64,000 nt of DNA from Amoebophrya sp. A120 (lineage: Eukaryota; Protista; Dinoflagellata): the NCBI GenBank assembly GCA_905178155.1, contig CAJINV010000016.1, forward strand, positions 124,001-188,000. Direction: 5' to 3'. A program made the position numbers and the translations under genes. The notes beneath the pieces were generated by a model that had not been told where the DNA came from, did not search any database, and was given only the letters and a program-made list of their open reading frames with translations. Of the stretch, positions 52,023 to 61,000 are shown one piece after another. Positions within the stretch are counted from its first letter, which is position 1. Each line of letters opens with the position of its first letter.

Positions 52023-55000
52023 TTATTCCCGATCTTCATCATGCTCTGCCAGCATCTCCTGCAGATTTTCTCCGTACTGGTCCGCAATACAGGCTTATGC
52101 AAGAAAAAAACTGTGCAAGGGTAAGTTTCTTGGAGGAATAGCATCACAAGTTTGCTCTGCATGACACAGAAATAAACCTGTCATGCGTAGCTAGTACTTG
52201 AAAACACGTACGGAAAAATTAGCCTCTGATGCATGTCCAGCAGGACAAGTGTAACAGTTTTGCATTTTCTGCAACACAAAGTTCTTACACTATAGACAGT
52301 TTTTTCCTTGCATAAGGCTTGCATCTGGTCCGCGAGCATCTCGGCACTCCACCATGCGCCCTCGACGGTCGCACACCCGCTTGCCCAGTCACCGCAAATT
52401 CCCAGCTTGTGCTCCTTATCCAGCCAGCAGTAGTCTTGCTTCTCCGCCCTGTTTGAGAAGCGTGGTTTCCATATTTCAATAATTGCAACAGAAATTACTC
52501 TCTCAATTTTGTCAGACCCGAAGATCGAATTTTCTTATGCAGGCCCACCAGGTACGAACAAATACAAAGCTGCGACCGTCTCTGTCCCGCATGTTGACTG
52601 CAAAAAGTATAATAGGAAACTGTGTAGTAGTATCTAGCGCGGGCGGTCGCTCCGCGACCGCCGGAAAGGTATGGAGTAGGCAAGAAAACGATGGGCCCGA
52701 TTTCCTACTAGGAAGGTTGCAGTCCTCGCGGGGAAGGGGAGGGGATTCTCCTGGGGGCGAAAACTCTACAGGCGCAGGGCTTCTCCGTCCGCCTGAACCC
52801 CCCGGAGAAAGACAGTAGGCGTGACAGCGGCCCACCCCAGCTCCCAGGAGCAGGAGAAGTTCTGGGAAACAGAAACCCAGGGCCACCCCAAGCTGAGAGG
52901 GGGCCAGCCTTCGGGGATGTTCCCAATGAATTTGCGAACGCCTCCGAAAGCTGCGAGCCTTGCGTGCGGCTGCTCGTCATTCTAGTTACGCCTCCAAGGC
53001 GGCAGGGCTGCTTTTGACGGGGCCCAGAGGGGCGCAGCTGTGGAAACTGCGCGACAAAGAACCTGGCCAGCCAGGCAGGTGCAACCAGCACAATGGGACT
53101 GGGCGCGCTGTGTGGAATAACCATTTAGGGCACTGAGAAAAGGCGCTTTTTTCTACGTGCAGGGCGGCGGGTGCATCCACACCAAGAGGGGGCCGCCCCC
53201 GCGAGGCAAAATGTGGCCACCCAAACAAAGCGCAAACCCCCTACCGGCACCCTGGCGGGGCCGGAGCTAGTTCGCCTGAACCTGCGGGCGCACCAGCGCG
53301 TAGCGCGCCACCCTCAGTCAGACAAATAAGTCCTTTCCCTCCCACGGCTGCGCCCCCTTATCCAGCCAGCAGTAGTCTTGCTTCTCCGCCCTGTTTCAGA
53401 TGAAGCATTTCCATTTTCGCATGTTGATAATTGCAAAAGAAATTAGTCTGTTAGTTTTGTCAGTAGACCCGAAGATCGAGGAGTTTTCTCATGCAGGCCC
53501 AGGTAAGAACAAATACAACGCTGTGACCGTCTCTGTCACTCACGCATGTTGACTGCAAAAACCATAATAGGAAGCTGTGTAGCTGTACTAGTAGTATCTA
53601 GCACGGGCGGTCCCTCCGCGACCGCCGGAGAGGTATGGAGGAGACAAGGATGCGATAGGCCCGCTTTCCTACGAGGAAGGTTGCAGACGCGGGGAAGAGG
53701 AGGATATTCTGGGGGCGAAAACCCTAAGCCCCCCGGAGAAAGACAGTAGGCGTGACAGCGGCCCGCCCCAGCCCCCAGGAGCAGGAGAAGCTCCGGGGGA
53801 AAGAAAGAACACCCGGGGCCACACCAGCGTGGAAAGAGGCGAGGCTTCTGGACGGTTCCCAATAAATTTGCGAGCACCCCCCAGGCTGCGAGTCTTGCGG
53901 GCGGCTGCTCGTCATTCTAGTTACGCCTCCAAGGCGGCAGGGCTGCTTTTGACGGGGCCCATAGGGGCGCAGCTGTGGAAACTGCGTGCGCGACAAAGAA
54001 CCTGGCCAGCCAGGCACGTGCAGCCAGCACAATGGGACTGGGCGCGCTGTGTGGAATAACCATTTTTTTCGGGCACCGAGAAAAGGCGCCTTTTTCTTCG
54101 TGCAGGGCGGCGAGAGCATCCACACCAAGAGGGGGGGCCGCCCCCGCGAGGCAAAACGTGGCGACCGAAACAAAGCGCAGAGCCATCCCTGGCACCGTGG
54201 CGGGGCCGGAGCTAGTTCGCCTGCACTTGCGGGCGCAGCAGCGCGCGCCGCACCACCCTCGGTCAGATAAAGAAGCCAGCTTGTGCTCCTTATCCAGCCA
54301 GCAGTAGTCTTGCTTCTCCGCCCTATTGAAGAAGAATGAATGTATTCGTTTGCCTTTGCATGCGAATAATTGCAACAGAAATTAATCGTTTACGTTTTAG
54401 TTTTTTCAGACCTCCCGAAGATCGAGTTTATTTCTCATGCAGACCCAGGTAAGAACAAATACAAAGCGAAAGCTGCGTCTCGGTGCTGCATGACTGCTAA
54501 AATTATAATAGGAAACTGTGTAGTAAAGTACCCTCTATTCGCTCCTGCCTTGCCCGGTCTGCCGATAACCTGGGCATACCTATCCAATGCAAATATGTCT
54601 GGGTCTGGAAGATGGCGAGGTTTGTCATGCTTGGCAGGCAGGAGTAGAGAAAAAAAAAACTGTAATGGATGCTGCCCTATAGTGCCTCTTTGTCTTTTGC
54701 GTCACGCAAAAATGCAGTTTGTCATGCAGTTTATGCAAGACGGAGTCGCTCAGAAACTTGTCTTGCGTGGTTCCGAAATGGAGCTTGCCTATTATTCGCA
54801 CATTAGCATCACAAGTTTCCAGACCCAGACATATTTGCAATGCATAATACCGCCACGCGTGCAGATCCGTGTACTCCAGACGGCGCATGTCAAACATGTA
54901 CTTCCATATGGGGTTCTCAAACGTTACACTTTCAACTGCTACATGATTTGTGATGCAAAATTGCCATCAGCCACACCACGATCAAGCTACTTCGCACGAC

Positions 55001-58000
55001 AAAGGCTAAACAGCATCGAAATCTGTGCCGAATTTGTAATGCAAAAAGCGCAAGCTTGCTCCCTTCACTGTGTGTGTTCTTGCATCACAAATCCATGTAA
55101 CAGTTGAGAATGTAATGTTTGAGAGTCCCATATTCCAGAAGTCAATTTTCGGGCGTGCGTAGTCCTTGTTTTCGGGTATCGGTACGTTGTATCGACTGTA
55201 AAAATGTCTGGGTCTGGAAGATTTGAACTTGTCATGCTAAATCTAAATGATGCAAAAATCTGTGTTGCGTGACCGTGAGTGTCAAAGCTGTCCGCTTTTG
55301 ACCAAGTTGAGAGGGAGTTTCTCATGCAGGAAAGGCATGATACAGACCTCAAAGAATCTGTCATGCTGGGTCTCGCATTTTAGACCTCATGGGTCATGGA
55401 AAATATGCATGACAAACCTGGCAATCTTCCAGACCCAGATATTTTTACATTTGATACGTTGGCAGACAGGAGTAACTCTCGCGCTTCCTTCAGCATGGGC
55501 TTAATCACGTTCGCACCACGGTAGGTGTAGTCGTTACCGGCACCCATCTGCTCCTCCATAATGAAGTGCTGCTCGGACCACTCGAAAGAGGCGAAAACCT
55601 AGTGATTTTTTGTGATGCGGTTTTCGGATGAACAAGAACCCTGGAGCGATATATTAGCGAACTACGCATGACAAACAATTACCGGAACCAGCACTAAAAC
55701 AACAACTGCAAGATGAAAAAGTAAATACGCAGACTGAGATCGTCTTGAGGCCAATCCGGTTTCGCTTCGCAACGCGACCAGGCTTGTTGCTGTCAATGAT
55801 CACGCAGCGGACCACCGGGTGGGCGACGCAGTCAATCGTGCTAGGGATTTCGGTCTCGTTGAGGGAGGCGGGGATTGAAAAACCTGTGGATGGAAGTTTT
55901 TAGCTCGGAAAGAACAAAGTTTGTCAAAGTAGTTCGAGCAAAATAGAAGTAGAACACAACAAATCAGAAAAAAATAAAAATACACCCAAAAATTATCAAC
56001 TTTCTATACCTAGCATGAGCACGTAGCAGCCCCGCATTTTGCTTTTCGCTTGAATTCTCGGAAATTTTTTCATGATGGGCAGTTCTTCGACCAGTTGCAT
56101 GGTCTGGGGACCGGGGAGACTAACCACGACATAGTCGAAGGGTCGAGAAGAAACCGGGGCGTTGGCGGGATTGGTGACCGCGTTGTAGGGTAATCGAGCG
56201 TGTTTTACCTTCCGCAGATCCCACTGCAGGTTAACACCTGGAGTTGTTCGTGATTTATATTTTGCATCACAATTTCGTCCATGTTGACTTCGGATTGCGT
56301 ACTGGAGATGAGACGAAGATGAAGCACTTTATTTGCATCACAAACACATGGACATGACAATGCTCCGCTAGGACTAAAAATATGCGAAGAGGATGGTGTG
56401 TTCCTCTTCTTGTGGACCACACGACCATCTTCTTGCTATCCTTATATCATTCTGAAATACCTTGAAGCCGCTCCTGGTCCGGGTTATTTTCTTTTTTTCT
56501 CACTTCTCCCTTTCTCGGCGGCGGCGGCCTTCTTGCAGAGTCGATTTTTCTCATCGGGTCAATTTCCCCTCTGACACCTCCCCGCGCGCCGCCCTCCGTG
56601 TCCCCGTCCGTACCCCCAGCACCCCCTAACAGTTGCTGCAGCCGCTCCTGTATGAACTGCAAAAGTAACGTACTAGTATGAATAGCATCACAAATTCCCT
56701 CAGCATTAGAAATATAAATTTGTAATGCTGTTTTTTTTACCTTAGGAAGAAAATTTGTCATGCATTTTTGCAATTAGTACGAGTACGATGCTTTTGCGGT
56801 TCATATCCTGTTCCTTCCGCTCCCGTTCCCGGATCATCAAGGGCACCGCCGGATCGTCTATCAAATGCAAACTTGTTTGGGTCTGGAAGATTCTGAGACT
56901 TGTCGCGCACGTTTTGCATGAGCCATGATGTCTCTGATGCATGCCCTAGCATCACATATTTTTTGAGGGCTTCTTGATGCCTATTCCGCATGACAAATGC
57001 CCTCTCCGTGTAGCAAAAAATGCGTTCCCTTTGCTGCTCATGCAATACAGATTTTTTTGGAATCAAAATGCAGCATCACAAGTTGCATTCTTCCAGACCC
57101 AGACATTTTTGCATTTGATATCGTCTTCCTCCGGGCAATTTGGATCGTGCATGTCGCCAGTGGCGAACCGCGAGTAAAGCTGCGCTTCCTGGTTGGAGGG
57201 TAACGCGGAAGCTTCCACGAAACGCACATCTGGGTCAAAAGGGAACTTATTGTTGCCTTCATTCTCATGTTCAGCGTGGGGGGGTAACTGAGTAGATACA
57301 ACTTGATGTCCGGACTGTTTGGGGTGCGGTTTCAGGTGCAGCGTCGAAGGTGGTGCGGCTTTTGAAGGAGCAGTAGAAACAGTTCCACCCGGTGGGGTGA
57401 TTTCTCGCCGCAGGCTTGGATTGGGGTTGGTATCCTCACCTCCTAGTAGAGAAGGCATGTCGTCGAACAGTGGTCCTTCGCCGGTTGAAGAATTCACGTT
57501 CTTGCTCGTATCTACCCTCACCCGCGGGGAGGGCGAAGGGGTGTAGAGCTTGTCCAAGATGCTTTCCGACACCTGTCGGCTGGATGCGCTGATCGACAAG
57601 TTTTCCGACAAGACGCCGGAGGTCTGCTATGAACTGCAAAAGTATCGTACTAGTAGTAAAAATCGCAGTCATGCATTACAAATCTCGATCCCAAGGCAAA
57701 ACAGCATGACAAACTCCATTTCTCATGCTGAGGGAATTTGTCGTGCGATTTCTACTACTAGTACGATACCGTTGCAATGCATATCTGCCGCCCCGCGCCG
57801 ACGTTCCGCGCCACCTCGGACTCGTCATCCGGACTGGAACTGCCGTCTGGACCATGTGATGTCCTGGTGGGGTCTTGGGGCAACGGGGTGTATCATTTGT
57901 AAAAACGTCCCCACACCTCCAGAGCCAAGATGGGAAATCTGCTAGACAAATCACACAGCTTTGGTTCTTGTTTGGCATGACAAGCTTGTCCTCGTAGTGT

Positions 58001-61000
58001 AATCCTGAAGCATGACAGATCTAGCATATCATGCTGATTCTAGCATCAAAAATTCCAAAACACGAATAGAAAATGCTTCTCATAGGGCTCCGCATGAGAA
58101 ACTTTTTTGGCATGCAGAATTGCATGACAACTCTGGTGTAGGGACGTTTTTACTCAGGATAGGGTGCTGTTGGTGTTCTGCAATGAAGGCGTTGTGTAGG
58201 GAACCGGGGACTCGGTCAATTGGAGGTGCTGCTTCTTGACAAGAACGCTGAGATTTTGATTTCCTCCTGTTGTGTTATGATTCACCGGCGTCGTGTCTTT
58301 AGAAGACGACTGTCCACCTTCGAGAAGATGTAGTTGACCTGCTCTACTATTGGGTTTTGTCTTCACCGGAAACAGCTTCCCGATTCTGCATCCCAGCCGG
58401 ACGTCCAGCTTGTTCCGCTTCGCTACCATTTTGCCAAGTTCGGACATTTTCGGCCAACCAACGAAGACCCGATTGTCTTGCAACTCCCGTTATGCATTGC
58501 AAATATGTCTGGGTCTGAATCTGGAAACTTGTGATGCAAGGAAGGGAATAGTGAGCGCACTGTAATGTGCTCCCCAGCATGACAAGTTTTTCTGTGGTTC
58601 AGAGTTGCGTACTCCGCATGAGAAACTGCGTGTTTGCATGACAGACAAGAGGAGCCCTTCGCGGGCACGCAATACAGAGTTCAGAGTCATGCCAGACTCG
58701 CATGACAAATCTCGCAATCTCCCAAAACCAGACATATTTGCAGTGCATACCCGTTCCGAACCGGTTTGCCCGTACATTTGCTCGCGGCTGATTAAATCCT
58801 CGCCTTGCACCTCATCGCGGTTCTGGTGCGTCTTCAAATGATTGTTCCCCCGTGGGGAGGATTTCAGATGATTCTCCCGGGGGGAACTCACTTTTGCGGC
58901 AGCAGATGCTTTGTTGCGATCCTCGTCTTCGGCATTTTTGTTATCCCTCGAAGTCGTGCCTTGGCCTTGCCCCTCTTTACGATCATCGCCCCCGTTTCTT
59001 GGTGAGGATTTTTTCTCCACACCCGAGCAGAGGTCAACATCATTTTTGCTGGAAGTGGGAGTCGTGGCAAGCAGAGTTGTGCCGTTAGACATTTTTCCCC
59101 CAGGAGCTGCACCACTCGCGGCCGTTGACGTTTTCATTTCTGCTAACAGTTCCTCCTTTCGGTTGAACTCCTTTAGAGCGTACAACCCGCATTCTAACTC
59201 GTGGGTCGCGGCTATTTCGTCGGAGGTGCGCTCCTCTGGAATCATATTGTTGTTTTTCACTTATGCACTGCAAAAGTATTATATTATATCGCACTTGTAC
59301 TAATTGCAGTCGTGCATCATGACCAGCCTCTTCCTTACTGTATTAAATCCGCATTACAACTTCCATTCATGTAGCATCAAATTTGTGAAACGCGATTACA
59401 ACTGCTAGTACGAAGATATTACTTGTGCAATTCCAATTCATAGCACTTTTCCTTTATCGATTTTGCAATCCTCGTCCGCGGCCGAGGCCACGCGACTTCG
59501 CGCACAGGCAGGAGCACCCCCACTCTTGCGATCGATGTTGAGGAAGTCGACATCGTAGCACCAGCAGTCGTACAGAATGGGGTTCTATGGATTGCAAATA
59601 TGTCTGGGTCTGGAAGGTTGGAACTTGTAATGCTGGCTTTCCATACCTAGAAAATCTGTATTGCATAACCAACAAAAGTCGCAGCCTCTTTTGTACATGC
59701 AATTTCGCAGGCTCGCATGCAGATTGCCTATGAGAAAGCGTTCTGGAAAGTTGTCATGCTGGGTCGCATTCGGAACTGTTTCCATCATCCACGCTTTAGC
59801 ATCACAAGTCTCCAGACCCAGACATTTTTGCATTTGATAGGTTCTTCCCGTTGCGCCACTCCACAGCGCCGACCTCATCTCGCGGCGCCTCTTCCTCGAT
59901 CACCGACCGGAGCTTGGAGGCGGTGGATGCCCAATTGTAACCAGCCGCGTCTCTGTCCGATCCCGGGTTTTCCCCCTTGTCACTGCTCTGCCCCCCCTGG
60001 GAAGCCGAGGTGTTGCCGACATCGCTGGTTGTGCTGGATTCGCCGTCTTCGTCACCCGCAGGGCTGGACGCAGATTCGCGGTCCTTCAGCATCCGCTTCT
60101 ATCATTTGTAAAAACGTCCCCACCCCAGAGTCAGGCTGGGGACTCTGCAACACAAACCTTGAAGTTTCCGGAACCACGCATGACAATAATGTAGGCTGTA
60201 ATGTAGTGCAGTTTAGTAAACAAAGCCGCATAACAAATCCATCTCCTCATCCTGTTTGCAGCATTACAAGTTCCAAAAAACAATTGGAAATGCCTCTCAT
60301 GGGGATGCGCATTACAAGCGCTCGTGTGCTTGCGGATCTGCATGACAACTCTGAGGTGGGGATGTTTTTACACAGGATAGCTTCTTATTGTTGTTCTCTT
60401 TCTCTTTCTCCGCCACCTCCTGGGAGTGCGTCCTCGTGCGTTCTTTATTGTTCACACCCCACCTGGGTTCGTGATCCTTCGGCAACCCCCACCGTCCGGT
60501 CTGCAAGCCGACGTCCTTGAGTTCCGCGGATTTCTCCTTCCCTTGCGAACTGTTTCGCTCGAAGGCGACCGTCTGCATCCAATCTTGGGACTGATAATTA
60601 TTTATTTCGATTTTTAGATACTCGAGGCTTTAATAGCTTCCACTTCGTGCAAGAATTTAACTTTAAGAACCACGATGCTGACAATCAAAGGGCTTAACCA
60701 AGCAAATCAATGAAAATAAAAACGAGGAAGGAAGATATCAAATTGCTAAAACAAAATAAACCAGACGACTTAATGAACTATATACGATCTGTCTGTCAAA
60801 TCCCCCGGATGGAAATTTCCCCAGGCCGCACGTTCTCTGTAGCCAGGCGTGAAAGTGCGGGTGCTTCACGCGGAAAAACGGCGCGCCAAAGTCGAACTGG
60901 TACCCGGTGGGGTCCGGCGCGCGGGTGTGCCGCGTGACTAATCTGCCCCCGCACGCGTTCGCTTTTTCAAAGATGATCACGCTATCAAGTGCAAAAGTGT

